Source of the DNA: an uncultured virus (IMG/VR IMGVR_UViG_3300005265_000028)
Lineage: Duplodnaviria > Heunggongvirae > Uroviricota > Caudoviricetes
DNA: 20,000 nucleotides
Direction: 5' to 3' (one strand)
IMG/VR virus record: IMGVR_UViG_3300005265_000028
Shown in pieces: positions 8,986 through 17,626 of this stretch; within the stretch, counting starts at the first letter, position 1; the number at the start of each line of letters is the position of its first letter. The notes beneath the pieces are model-generated. The model was not told the DNA's origin. It was given only the letters and a program-made list of their open reading frames with translations, and made no database searches. A program made the position numbers and the translations under genes.

Positions 8986-9460
8986 CAACCGTGTCCTTTT
9001 TGAATAATATAACTTTCTCGCCTGTAATATTATATATGTAATACTCGCTATTTATGTATTCGAATAACGCATCTAATGTTTCTGCATCTATTAGCAACTC
9101 AGACCCATAATTTATTATCATACTCACTATATCTATACTATCAACATATGCTTCGTTCAGTAACTGTACCGTTACATTTATATTATAGTTATGCTTTATA
9201 AAATCTATTATGTCATCAACTATTAACGCGAAATCGTATGTATTACATTCCGCGTAATCGTTTATATTCTTTAACTTATCTATCAACTCAAATAACACTT
9301 CGTCTTTCTCGTATTGCTCGCATACTGCGTAATAACTATAACATTGTTTGTTATATAATTCGCATACCTCCGTTTGGATACTGTAATGTTTGCAATATAT
9401 ACAATACATCTTTTCCATTTCATAACACTTCCGAATCGTTTTATATAATAAATAGCTCAA
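8969..9460 (-). CDS. Hypothetical protein with Cys-rich N-terminus and acidic C-terminus
   Basis: CIYC...C...C...C cluster; fits gene packing; start uncertain. Confidence 0.65.
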   Translation of the reverse strand: MSYLLYKTIRKCYEMEKMYCIYCKHYSIQTEVCELYNKQCYSYYAVCEQYEKDEVLFELIDKLKNINDYAECNTYDFALIVDDIIDFIKHNYNINVTVQLLNEAYVDSIDIVSMIINYGSELLIDAETLDALFEYINSEYYIYNITGEKVILFKKDTVDASLE

Positions 9461-9778
9461 TCATAATCTCTTGATCACCATACTACGTGATACACATATA
9501 TCATACATAGCATTCTTCATCACTTCGTAATGCTCTAACGATAAGAGTATAACACAAACCTCATCAGCTGAACATATGTTGAGTCTTCTGAAACCATACA
9601 CATATAACACATCTTTCATAGCAGCCTTAAGATGTTCATACATATCTCTCTTTAACACATAACAATACGGATTATTATGATACAGCGGCATATTGCATTT
9701 GCTATGTATCAATAGCTCATGTCTTATGCCAGCTGTATCATGTATTACCAATCTATTGTTTTCGACGTACATATTCAA
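9461..9778 (-). CDS. Hypothetical protein
   Basis: 105-aa ORF in operon packing; no recognised motif. Confidence 0.6.
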   Translation of the reverse strand: MNMYVENNRLVIHDTAGIRHELLIHSKCNMPLYHNNPYCYVLKRDMYEHLKAAMKDVLYVYGFRRLNICSADEVCVILLSLEHYEVMKNAMYDICVSRSMVIKRL

Positions 9779-10340
9779 CCAACTCTGCGTTTATCCGTTC
9801 TGCTACAACCGGATAATCTTCTGTCGCATCGAACACCAGCCATTTGCTGCGTGTATCAGAACTGGCTAACGCATCATATCTGTCAGATACACGTTGCAAG
9901 AACTCAGCTGAAAGGTTGTCATACTTGTTCTTTACGACTCTGCGTTTGATCGCAACTTCGACCGGTACTCTGAGATATATAACAATATCTGGCACAGCGA
10001 CATCTATTAGTTCATGCAGTTTATTAACAATAGTTTGTTGCTCTTCATCAACACATTGATACGAAATAGTTGAATACATAGACCTGTCTGATACTACTAT
10101 CATATTCCTTTTCAATGCGTTCTTGACTCTACGCATGAGGATGCTGCGTGATACGATGAACAACAATATCTGTTCCATATTAGTCAGCTCAAGTTCATAC
10201 AGATTCTTGTATATCCCGTATTCATCGAACGGTTCACGCACAACATCCAATGGTAATCTCAGCCAGTTCAGGAAACCACATAGTCTTTCCATACATGTTG
10301 TTTTGCCCGCTCCGTCTATCCCTTCAAACGCTATATACAC
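9753..10340 (-). CDS. tmk: Thymidylate kinase
   Basis: IAFEGIDGAGKTT, VREP, LLFIVSR, VVSDRSMYSTISYQ, PDIVIYL. Likely GTG start at 10340 after AAAGGAG. Confidence 0.95.
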   Translation of the reverse strand: MYIAFEGIDGAGKTTCMERLCGFLNWLRLPLDVVREPFDEYGIYKNLYELELTNMEQILLFIVSRSILMRRVKNALKRNMIVVSDRSMYSTISYQCVDEEQQTIVNKLHELIDVAVPDIVIYLRVPVEVAIKRRVVKNKYDNLSAEFLQRVSDRYDALASSDTRSKWLVFDATEDYPVVAERINAELVEYVRRKQ

Positions 10341-10776
10341 AATACACCAACTCCTTTGTTTTATATTCATAGTTCTTATCAAATATATCTTTATGCAGAA
10401 GCACTTGGTGTTCGTCTTGATACAAAATCTTGTTACTATTGATACACGATGTATCTAATTCGATTCGTATAATCAAAATGTTAGAATAACCATCGAGATT
10501 ATGTTTCGCATAATCTATCAGCTGAAATAATTCCTGTATCAAACATTTGAACCTGACCAAACTTCTCTTACGGAAGAAAGCGCGACTATCGAATAGAACT
10601 GGACATGCCTGATAATCCGGTTCAGGTAGGTGATAAGAGAGACAGAAGATTCTGTTTAGCTTTTCGTTGGTAACAGAATCTTCTGTCAGATTATTGAAAA
10701 TAAAAGCGAATATCCCTAACTGTTTATCTTGCTCCAGTTTCACTTCAAACCTTACGAGCTCTTCCACGAGTATCAC
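10324..10776 (-). CDS. Hypothetical protein
   Basis: 150-aa ORF filling the operon gap. Confidence 0.6.
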   Translation of the reverse strand: MILVEELVRFEVKLEQDKQLGIFAFIFNNLTEDSVTNEKLNRIFCLSYHLPEPDYQACPVLFDSRAFFRKRSLVRFKCLIQELFQLIDYAKHNLDGYSNILIIRIELDTSCINSNKILYQDEHQVLLHKDIFDKNYEYKTKELVYCVYSV

Positions 10777-10779
10777 TCT

Positions 10780-11256
10780 CTATAACAAACTTCTGAATAT
10801 CGTTATCATCACAATTCTGCCATCTCGTTCGACAGCTACCATTATGCCTTTAGACCGCCATTCAACAACATAACCGTCTGAACATTGGGTGAATTCGTAA
10901 TCATCACCGAACTCGTCCAGGAACCCGGATATATCACTACCGATAGTATTGCCGTTAGGGGTTCTGTATAACGAAGACTCTATAGTTATCGTGGTGATGA
11001 ACTTCGAGTTGTCATTTAAACGTGTTACAGTGAAGCTCAAACCATATTTGTCATAACTATACTCTATAGTATTCTTGCTTAATAACGTGGAACGGTCAGG
11101 TTTACCCCAACGCTCTAATACATCAGCTGGCTCAGAATTGAGGCTCAGCGTGTTAGATATACAACTGCCAGCTATTATTAGTGGTTCAGCTGAAACTATT
11201 GATGAACAGATAGTAACAGCTAATACAACCAACGCTAATGCACGAACATTATTCAT
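10780..11256 (-). CDS. Exported protein with signal peptide and two internal repeats (possibly SmpA/BLIP-like fold)
   Basis: Hydrophobic N-terminus ending VSA-E; repeated units DVLERWGKPD...YSYDKYGLSF and GFLDEFGDDY...EWRSKGIMV. Confidence 0.65.
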   Translation of the reverse strand: MNNVRALALVVLAVTICSSIVSAEPLIIAGSCISNTLSLNSEPADVLERWGKPDRSTLLSKNTIEYSYDKYGLSFTVTRLNDNSKFITTITIESSLYRTPNGNTIGSDISGFLDEFGDDYEFTQCSDGYVVEWRSKGIMVAVERDGRIVMITIFRSLL

Positions 11257-11645
11257 TCTTTAATACACTCCGTTATATATATATCATGTTCATCGGCCCA
11301 TAGAGCCTTATCAGCTTGTTCTATATACAGTAGAACATAACGCCCGGTATACGACCGGGCACGTTTAACAACTATTACTTCCACATTGTTTCTTACCGTA
11401 TAGATAAACGGCATCAGATCGTAACGATCGTTTACCATCGGCTCAGATTTGTATAACTCTATATCTCTTAATGTCAGGCCAGCGTAGAAGTATTTGCCAT
11501 TGAATGAAGCAACCTTATATTTGCGACCCGGCGTTAGGGTAACATCTTTCTTGAACTTGTCTATACAGCTGGTAACTAATAATATCGATAATAACAAATA
11601 GACAACCACATTAACAATCTTAATAAATATACTTTTCTTAAACAT
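11253..11645 (-). CDS. Membrane-anchored protein, possible lipoprotein
   Basis: MFKK followed by a hydrophobic stretch ending LVTSC (lipobox-like). Confidence 0.6.
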   Translation of the reverse strand: MFKKSIFIKIVNVVVYLLLSILLVTSCIDKFKKDVTLTPGRKYKVASFNGKYFYAGLTLRDIELYKSEPMVNDRYDLMPFIYTVRNNVEVIVVKRARSYTGRYVLLYIEQADKALWADEHDIYITECIKE

Positions 11646-12018
11646 AACGCTCATGCCTTTCGTTAATATTAACAGTGTTGGTAACAAAGCTGGTATCATT
11701 ATTATTCTTTATGTGCTCTATTAATAGTAATACGAACGGCACTTTCTTGAATATACCCATCTCGTTGAAACCATCGTCAACGTATTGCAATACAACGTGT
11801 GGCTGTTGTCTGTGTGAGAAGCTGCGCACTCTGTAACGTTTTCCTTCGTATCTGATAACAGAGCCAACTGGCATGACACGTTGTATCTCGCGTCCAATAT
11901 TATCTAACAACATACTTTCAGTCATCTCTAATGACTTGAGTTTCAGTTGTGTATGATATATCTCCTCTTTGGTCTTCTTATAAGCTTTATAAAGTGTAAT
12001 AGCTTTCGAAATATCCAC
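11638..12018 (-). CDS. Hypothetical protein
   Basis: GAAAGGTGA before a GTG start; helical N-terminus. Confidence 0.7.
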   Translation of the reverse strand: MDISKAITLYKAYKKTKEEIYHTQLKLKSLEMTESMLLDNIGREIQRVMPVGSVIRYEGKRYRVRSFSHRQQPHVVLQYVDDGFNEMGIFKKVPFVLLLIEHIKNNNDTSFVTNTVNINERHERYV

Positions 12019-12094
12019 GGTATCACCTTTCTATTATATAATTCTCTGAATATGACATAACAGATAAATTGTTTAAACATAAAACACAACATCT

Positions 12095-12643
12095 CTAACT
12101 CTTCAACTCTAAAAATTTGTTCAATATTTGTTGTAATATCGGTCTATCAAATTTGTGAACATTGATCATATTAAAAGTATTATTTCTGCTCCTGCGATAT
12201 ATATAAGCACATTCGTTGGTGAAACAAACATAATCACTTATACCGCTATTACATATCCGTTGCATACATATATTGCATGGATATGGCCGGAATAGTTTAC
12301 CAACATATCTGTCATAACCAAGAAGATATAACGTCGCGCCTGCGCAATTCGAGGCGCCTGCCTTCAATATCGCATTATCTTCAGCGTGCATCGCTACACA
12401 GCCTCTGTATTTATCATAATCGTTTGTATTAACTTTATCAGCTGAACGGTTGCAACGGTTATGATCTATACAATTGATATGGCCAGCTGGGCTGCCATTA
12501 TAGCCTATAGTTATGTTCGTAACTATACCGTTATATTCTTTAACTATAACCGCACCATATGCTTTCTTCATACATGTTGAACACATTGCAGCTGATAGAC
12601 ATAACATTGCATACTTCTCGTATCCAACTAAACGGCTACTAAT
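12095..12643 (-). CDS. dCMP deaminase (ComEB-like zinc deaminase)
   Basis: STC...YGAVIVK, GYNGSPAG, HAEDNAI, PCNIC. The probable start is ATT at 12643; the ORF track uses ATG 12607. Confidence 0.92.
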   Translation of the reverse strand: MSSRLVGYEKYAMLCLSAAMCSTCMKKAYGAVIVKEYNGIVTNITIGYNGSPAGHINCIDHNRCNRSADKVNTNDYDKYRGCVAMHAEDNAILKAGASNCAGATLYLLGYDRYVGKLFRPYPCNICMQRICNSGISDYVCFTNECAYIYRRSRNNTFNMINVHKFDRPILQQILNKFLELKS

Positions 12644-12664
12644 ACTATCGCTCCTTTCTGTTCC

Positions 12665-12700
12665 ATTTAAAACTTATGCGGAGCTCTCTACTCTCCGCAT
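12665..12700 (-). terminator. Putative intrinsic terminator
   Basis: ATGCGGAG-N9-CTCCGCAT stem (12676-12700) followed by AAGTTTTAAAT on the minus strand, just after the peptide ORF. Confidence 0.5.
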
Positions 12701-12710
12701 CGTTCAATAT

Positions 12711-12776
12711 CTACCAGTAATCCTCAGGTTCATCAGGTTGAGGTTGTCTGGTTTTATCTTCTTCTGGTCCGGACAT
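12711..12776 (-). CDS. 21-aa acidic micropeptide MSGPEEDKTRQPQPDEPEDYW (not in ORF track)
   Basis: Strong GGGAGGTGA four nt before the ATG; TAG stop followed by a hairpin. Confidence 0.6.
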   Translation of the reverse strand: MSGPEEDKTRQPQPDEPEDYW

Positions 12777-12803
12777 AATGTCACCTCCCAATATAACTAT
12801 AGC

Positions 12804-13343
12804 TCATTTATTCTTTATCATATCATCATATTCACCGAACTGTGTATCCCATTCATATATGGAGCGTATACCCCATATATCGAATACCATATCAAGGTAT
12901 TCGTTGAACTCTTCTTCGGCGCAATTGTTAACTTTAAGGAAATGGTTTTTCACGTCATCAAAATTCAGCTGACCTTTATTTGCAAGTTCTTTAGCGAAAC
13001 CTATATGCTTTACGTGATGACACATATCGCACAGAGCGATGAAACCTTTCAATCTCTGTATACAATTGTCATCATCGTATTCCCATATCTCATGACAGTT
13101 CAGTTTCGCTTTGACACCACAGATGCCACATCTGTAGTTGTATTGTTTATATACTTGTTTGCGAAGCTCGTCCCATTGTTCTTTTGTGAAATGTTTCCTC
13201 AGGTTATTATACCATGTGGAAGCAGGAACAAGTTCTATTGTTAACCTATAATTCGGCAGTTGTTTCTTTGTTTCGTTAATTACGCTCTTGAATTGTTTAT
13301 CCAAACTATTTATTAAATCAACGAAAGAATCAAGCACAACCAA
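12804..13343 (-). CDS. HNH-type (His-Me finger) endonuclease-like protein
   Basis: WDELRKQVY...CGICG...LNCHEIW...LCDMCHHVKH. True start may be GTG 13337. Confidence 0.8.
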   Translation of the reverse strand: MVVLDSFVDLINSLDKQFKSVINETKKQLPNYRLTIELVPASTWYNNLRKHFTKEQWDELRKQVYKQYNYRCGICGVKAKLNCHEIWEYDDDNCIQRLKGFIALCDMCHHVKHIGFAKELANKGQLNFDDVKNHFLKVNNCAEEEFNEYLDMVFDIWGIRSIYEWDTQFGEYDDMIKNK

Positions 13344-13485
13344 GCTCCTTTATCGCTTGTTTTATTGCGTCCCGAACGATATCACTCTCAGCTACATATT
13401 CGGCAACTTCTTCCAGCTGTTCAGCTGACAACTCTAAACCTGAATCGTTTACATAACAAGTAACTAATTCATATATAGATAACAT
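13330..13485 (-). CDS. 51-aa hypothetical protein (not in ORF track), paralogue of 13986-14243
   Basis: MLSIYELVTCYVNDSGLELSAEQLEEVAEYVAESDIVRDAIKQAIKELGCA aligns with MLSITDIVRNYMKHNNIKLSDTQIEDIAHYVSES. Confidence 0.75.
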   Translation of the reverse strand: MLSIYELVTCYVNDSGLELSAEQLEEVAEYVAESDIVRDAIKQAIKELGCA

Positions 13486-13490
13486 TTACA

Positions 13491-13682
13491 TCAGCTCCGT
13501 TCATATCTATTATATATATCATCTAGCTCCACTTCATCAATAACCGTACCGGTCATGTTGATTGCATATTTTATATCAACTTCATCGAGCGCAACGAATG
13601 GCATGCTTTCTATGAAATCTGATAGACTTTCATAGCCCGCTTCGTATAACACATCGCATAATTTGTTGCGTTCGTACATCAC
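13491..13682 (-). CDS. Small acidic hypothetical protein, paralogue of 14271-14459
   Basis: Shares L.EAGYE.L and VELD.IYN.Y with 14271-14459. Confidence 0.8.
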   Translation of the reverse strand: MMYERNKLCDVLYEAGYESLSDFIESMPFVALDEVDIKYAINMTGTVIDEVELDDIYNRYERS

Positions 13683-13981
13683 TCTAGCTCTTCTCCTTCG
13701 TATATATCTGTCAATAAATCAACAAGCACAGCATACGCATCTGTGTAACCCTCTATATCATCTTCAGATGGCTTCGTATCGAGCATATTATACGCAGCAC
13801 GCATATGAAGCATCATCTTAACTATATCTTTCGATATAATTAACGATTTAAGATATGTTACATCTTCGTTTTCTTTATCGACAAGGAACGATACGAATAA
13901 TACTATCATTTTGCGTTCGTAATTGTTCGTTGTTCTGTTGTAATAATCTTTCAGATGTATCAATAGATCATTAACTTTCAT
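13679..13981 (-). CDS. Hypothetical protein
   Basis: GGAGTGA before ATG 13981; stop overlaps the next start. Confidence 0.7.
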   Translation of the reverse strand: MKVNDLLIHLKDYYNRTTNNYERKMIVLFVSFLVDKENEDVTYLKSLIISKDIVKMMLHMRAAYNMLDTKPSEDDIEGYTDAYAVLVDLLTDIYEGEELE

Positions 13982-13985
13982 ATTA

Positions 13986-14243
13986 TCACTCCATGCTTTC
14001 ATTATAATCTTTGTATAACACGTTACATTCTTCATCGAATTCACGCGTGATCTCGAATGTATTATTTATATTCAGCTTTCTAGGTTTGTTTGATATTTCT
14101 AGATCATATAGAGCATATTGTATTATTGTGTCCAACAATGTACTTTCTGACACATAATGAGCTATATCTTCTATTTGTGTGTCAGAAAGCTTTATGTTGT
14201 TATGTTTCATGTAATTCCTTACAATATCTGTAATACTTAACAT
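13986..14243 (-). CDS. Hypothetical protein, paralogue of 13330-13485
   Basis: AAAGGAG upstream; similarity to 13330-13485. Confidence 0.75.
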   Translation of the reverse strand: MLSITDIVRNYMKHNNIKLSDTQIEDIAHYVSESTLLDTIIQYALYDLEISNKPRKLNINNTFEITREFDEECNVLYKDYNESME

Positions 14244-14270
14244 AACATTCCAAATCTCCTTTCATTAGTT

Positions 14271-14459
14271 TCATTTATAGTTATTATATATTCTATCGAG
14301 CTCTACGAACTCAATATTATTGTTGTTCAGACTTAATGCATAATCTATATCAGTTTCGCTAAGCATAACCGGCAAGAAGCTATCAATTAATTCAGCTAGG
14401 TCTTCGTAGCCAGCTTCAAATAGCGCATCTCTTAATCGCCTACGATGATACATTAACAC
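14271..14459 (-). CDS. Small acidic hypothetical protein, paralogue of 13491-13682
   Basis: AAAGGAG upstream; similarity to 13491-13682. Confidence 0.8.
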   Translation of the reverse strand: MLMYHRRRLRDALFEAGYEDLAELIDSFLPVMLSETDIDYALSLNNNNIEFVELDRIYNNYK

Positions 14460-14487
14460 TTGCTCCTTTCATTTAATTAATACAACA

Positions 14488-14910
14488 CTATGGAGTCATA
14501 GCGAAATGAACTGTATTCTCAGATATATCAACTGAATGTATCTCAGTGACTTTGCCCAATAGTTCTATTAACTCTTCGTTGATAACTCGGAACCGTTTAT
14601 CTTTTACTGGTTCTGAGTTATCTATAACAAATCTATACTCTTTAACTTTCTCATCCTCGTTATTAATTGCTATCGTAACAAATATTTTGCCGTCTAATTC
14701 TTTTAGCATATATTCAACACCGTAATATGCTTTCATGTAATCAAATACCATACGCCACGCGTCAACTATGGTATTCTTATATAGCTCTAAATATATTGTT
14801 GTCTCACGCATATATACTTTGTATCTGGTATACCCATCATTCATCTCTGTTATAGTGAATGATGCAATCCCTTTGTTGCCTGGAATATATAATGGTCTCG
14901 CACGTATCAT
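14488..14910 (-). CDS. Hypothetical protein
   Basis: 140-aa ORF with AGGAAGTGA upstream. Confidence 0.7.
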   Translation of the reverse strand: MIRARPLYIPGNKGIASFTITEMNDGYTRYKVYMRETTIYLELYKNTIVDAWRMVFDYMKAYYGVEYMLKELDGKIFVTIAINNEDEKVKEYRFVIDNSEPVKDKRFRVINEELIELLGKVTEIHSVDISENTVHFAMTP

Positions 14911-14929
14911 AATTCGTCACTTCCTGTAT

Positions 14930-15487
14930 TTAAAATTTGTTTAATACATGTATTGCATCTTTTAACACCAGCTCACGAAGAACGTTTCGTAACAGACTAT
15001 AAAACTCTGGCGGTAACAGTTTTACGCGTGTATCGAATTCTTCTTTGAGCCATTCCAAACATTCTTGGTTATCAGCTGAATCAACTATTGAAACCAGCTG
15101 TTCCGGTTTAGGTAACGCATTGTGAGTATCTATATAATCTATCATAGCGTTACATACGGCATCATAACCAAACTTCGTAGGCGGTATGTATCTGTCTCGA
15201 ATAGTTATCAGCTTGTTCTTTATATCCTGAAGTCTATTATAGTTGCTCCAGAATTTATGTATTATGCGTTTCACATACTCTTCGTACGCATTTTCTAGCA
15301 TATCAATATAGCCATAACTTTTGCGGATAACATAATCGCAGTAATCAATAGCGCCTTCATAGTCATTTAACCATTCTATTAAGTCGTCACTCGTTGTTTC
15401 ATCCATTATCATGTCAGCTATTTCTTGTTTAGTTTTGCCGACATTATTCTTCACAATCTGTTCGATACCATTTTCACGTAAATACAT
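14930..15487 (-). CDS. Two-domain hypothetical protein; N-terminal domain related to the 17204 and 18262 family
   Basis: LIEWLNDYEGAIDYCDYV matches LIDWLNNCEDAITYCDEV. AAAGGAG before ATG 15487. Confidence 0.7.
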   Translation of the reverse strand: MYLRENGIEQIVKNNVGKTKQEIADMIMDETTSDDLIEWLNDYEGAIDYCDYVIRKSYGYIDMLENAYEEYVKRIIHKFWSNYNRLQDIKNKLITIRDRYIPPTKFGYDAVCNAMIDYIDTHNALPKPEQLVSIVDSADNQECLEWLKEEFDTRVKLLPPEFYSLLRNVLRELVLKDAIHVLNKF

Positions 15488-15500
15488 AATCTCATCTCCT

Positions 15501-16097
15501 TTAAATATTAATATGGAACGCAAATCTTGCTGTTATTTCATCGCATTCATATTCGAATACATATAGTTTATCGCCTAAATCGCTGTAGTCATAAAGTTTT
15601 ACATCAAATGTTTTGCTTTTGAGTTTATATAACTTTCTGACTTTCGCTATATTGCTTTTACTATACTCCAGCTTATCGTTATCAACCGGCAATATCGTTT
15701 CAATATCATCAGCTGATAATGTGAACTGGCAGGCATCAACGTATTGATAGTCCATATCCAGTATTGCCCTGTAGTTAGGAAACACTGTGCATCCAGTCAT
15801 GAATCTCTTGCTGTTCACCGCAACATATGTATCACATAATTTTATTTTATCACCTAGTTCCACATGATTATACAGTTCTGTGAATTTATCGTAATACAAT
15901 ATTGCATATATATTGTCATTACTATTGATCTGGAAATGCGATTCAAAAAGTGTATAACCGTCCGTTGCTACAACCCTAAAAGTATTACTATCTATTTCAA
16001 ATAATACACGAGTAAACAAATCACCCCCTTTATATAAAGCGTTAATTGTATCTAATATTTGCATTAACTTTTTATCAACTGAAATTACTATTGACAT
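15501..16097 (-). CDS. Beta sliding clamp (DnaN)-like domain protein, short
   Basis: VLFEIDSNTFRVVATDGYTL and VFPNYRAIL resemble the DnaN central-domain ATDG and FP.Y motifs; only 198 aa. Confidence 0.65.
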   Translation of the reverse strand: MSIVISVDKKLMQILDTINALYKGGDLFTRVLFEIDSNTFRVVATDGYTLFESHFQINSNDNIYAILYYDKFTELYNHVELGDKIKLCDTYVAVNSKRFMTGCTVFPNYRAILDMDYQYVDACQFTLSADDIETILPVDNDKLEYSKSNIAKVRKLYKLKSKTFDVKLYDYSDLGDKLYVFEYECDEITARFAFHINI

Positions 16098-16101
16098 TCA
16101 A

Positions 16102-16665
16102 TCACCTCGCTAATCTATACGCGTTATTCACTTTAAGAGATATCATTGGATTGCGCATTACAACATGATACGATGTGAGGTTATCATCTAGCTTCATCTT
16201 CTCTATTCTTGTGTATCTATTTATTATCATTTCATATAATGCGTTATCATGCTTTGAATACTCCTCAATATGTTCCTTGATCATATAGTGATGCATACAT
16301 ATAATCGGCAGTTCTATTACATACAAATTATCACATGTTTTGTAATATATGTAATTATCAAACCCATGTTTGCTATCGTACGCAAACAAATATGACTCTA
16401 TATCTTTTGTTTTAATTCGCGGGTTATCCAACTCTCGTTGCATCTGTTTAGCAATAAGCATGCTGAACATTCTTTCTGTAACAACATCTGCGATATTAGT
16501 ACATCCAAATTCGTTTGTGTCATTAAACCAATATTTTAAACATATATCATCATATATAGAATCATTATTTTCTTGCAATACTATGTTTGATGATTTGGTT
16601 AGTTCATATTCTTTGTTGTAAAAGCTAATGTTAGTATTCACATTTGGCGCCAAAACTTTTGACAT
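16102..16665 (-). CDS. Hypothetical protein
   Basis: AAAGGAGG upstream; 187 aa. Confidence 0.75.
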   Translation of the reverse strand: MSKVLAPNVNTNISFYNKEYELTKSSNIVLQENNDSIYDDICLKYWFNDTNEFGCTNIADVVTERMFSMLIAKQMQRELDNPRIKTKDIESYLFAYDSKHGFDNYIYYKTCDNLYVIELPIICMHHYMIKEHIEEYSKHDNALYEMIINRYTRIEKMKLDDNLTSYHVVMRNPMISLKVNNAYRLAR

Positions 16666-16906
16666 AATATCCTCCTTTCCAATCTATTTCGATATAAAAA
16701 TATGCAGGTTGGTAAAATTCCAACCTGCATATCACACACATGTAACCGTCTTTATAGCTTTCTAATACCAAGCCGGTTACTATGAAATAGTACTTATCAC
16801 CAATACGAACTGGTGTAAGATGCACTCCTGAACTAAATATAGTTCTGTCTGCAAACGTCTCTACACCACTCGCTTCTAATGTCCATAATATAGTCTTCTC
16901 AATCAT
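16631..16906 (-). CDS. Hypothetical protein
   Basis: 91-aa ORF directly abutting the upstream stop. Confidence 0.6.
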   Translation of the reverse strand: MIEKTILWTLEASGVETFADRTIFSSGVHLTPVRIGDKYYFIVTGLVLESYKDGYMCVICRLEFYQPAYFYIEIDWKGGYYVKSFGAKCEY

Positions 16907-17191
16907 TTATATATCAATTCCTATTTCGCTGATTATTTCGGTTACACATTGCCTGTAACCGAATTCAGCTGGAATATTACTATACATCGAATGGAATAAA
17001 CTATGGTAATAACCAGCTTTCGTTACAGTAGTATCAATTAATGCAATAAACTCTTTATCGCTAATACTGTTGCACATAGTTTCAGCTGCATATGTTTTCA
17101 ATTCATCGCTGAATAGCTTGGCGACAGCTTTGGTTATGCTGTCGCCATTTATATTATCTAACTTGTTAATTACATCTCTTATATCTATCAT
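16907..17191 (-). CDS. Hypothetical protein
   Basis: GAGGTGA upstream; 94 aa. Confidence 0.7.
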   Translation of the reverse strand: MIDIRDVINKLDNINGDSITKAVAKLFSDELKTYAAETMCNSISDKEFIALIDTTVTKAGYYHSLFHSMYSNIPAEFGYRQCVTEIISEIGIDI

Positions 17192-17203
17192 ACTGTCACC
17201 TCA

Positions 17204-17578
17204 TTACTTATCACCAATGGTATCTTCAAGTTCATCTAACATTCTTATACTCCTGTCATAGCAATACTTAGCAACTGCTATTGTTAGAAGCTTCCACATC
17301 GTCATGCCAGGAGAATATGTCTCTTCTAATACTTCATCACAATACGTTATAGCATCTTCGCAGTTGTTTAACCAATCAATCAGCTGATTATAATATGGCA
17401 TCACCTCATAAAACATTTCGTATTGGCGATCATCAACTAAATCACGTAACTCGCTTATAGATTCTACTTCTTCACATTCAGCATATTCTGCTAACATATC
17501 GAAGATAAAACTGTCATTACAAACAAAATCCTGTTTGTATCTAACTACTACATCATCACGATATTTCTTTATGTCCAT
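17204..17578 (-). CDS. Acidic protein, possibly Ocr-like DNA mimic; paralogue of 18262-18627
   Basis: AAAGGAG upstream; D/E-rich; FVCND, MPYY.QL..WLNNC, YC.EVLE and MW.LLTIA shared with the paralogue. CDS and paralogy are solid; the function is tentative. Confidence 0.6.
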   Translation of the reverse strand: MDIKKYRDDVVVRYKQDFVCNDSFIFDMLAEYAECEEVESISELRDLVDDRQYEMFYEVMPYYNQLIDWLNNCEDAITYCDEVLEETYSPGMTMWKLLTIAVAKYCYDRSIRMLDELEDTIGDK

Positions 17579-17626
17579 ATATTTATCTCCTTTCTATATA
17601 ATACAGATTATCATAACTATTTATTG

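Noticed and set aside
8030..9460. Stop readthrough fusing 8969-9460 to the MTase-like ORF (same frame, single TAA)
   Set aside because: Better explained by the small membrane-peptide ORF in another frame and a normal MTase-like N-terminus at 8899.
13679..17191. Paralogy between 13679-13981, 16907-17191 and the C-terminal half of 14930-15487
   Set aside because: Only vague helical similarity (IPAEF versus LPPEF); too weak to call by eye.
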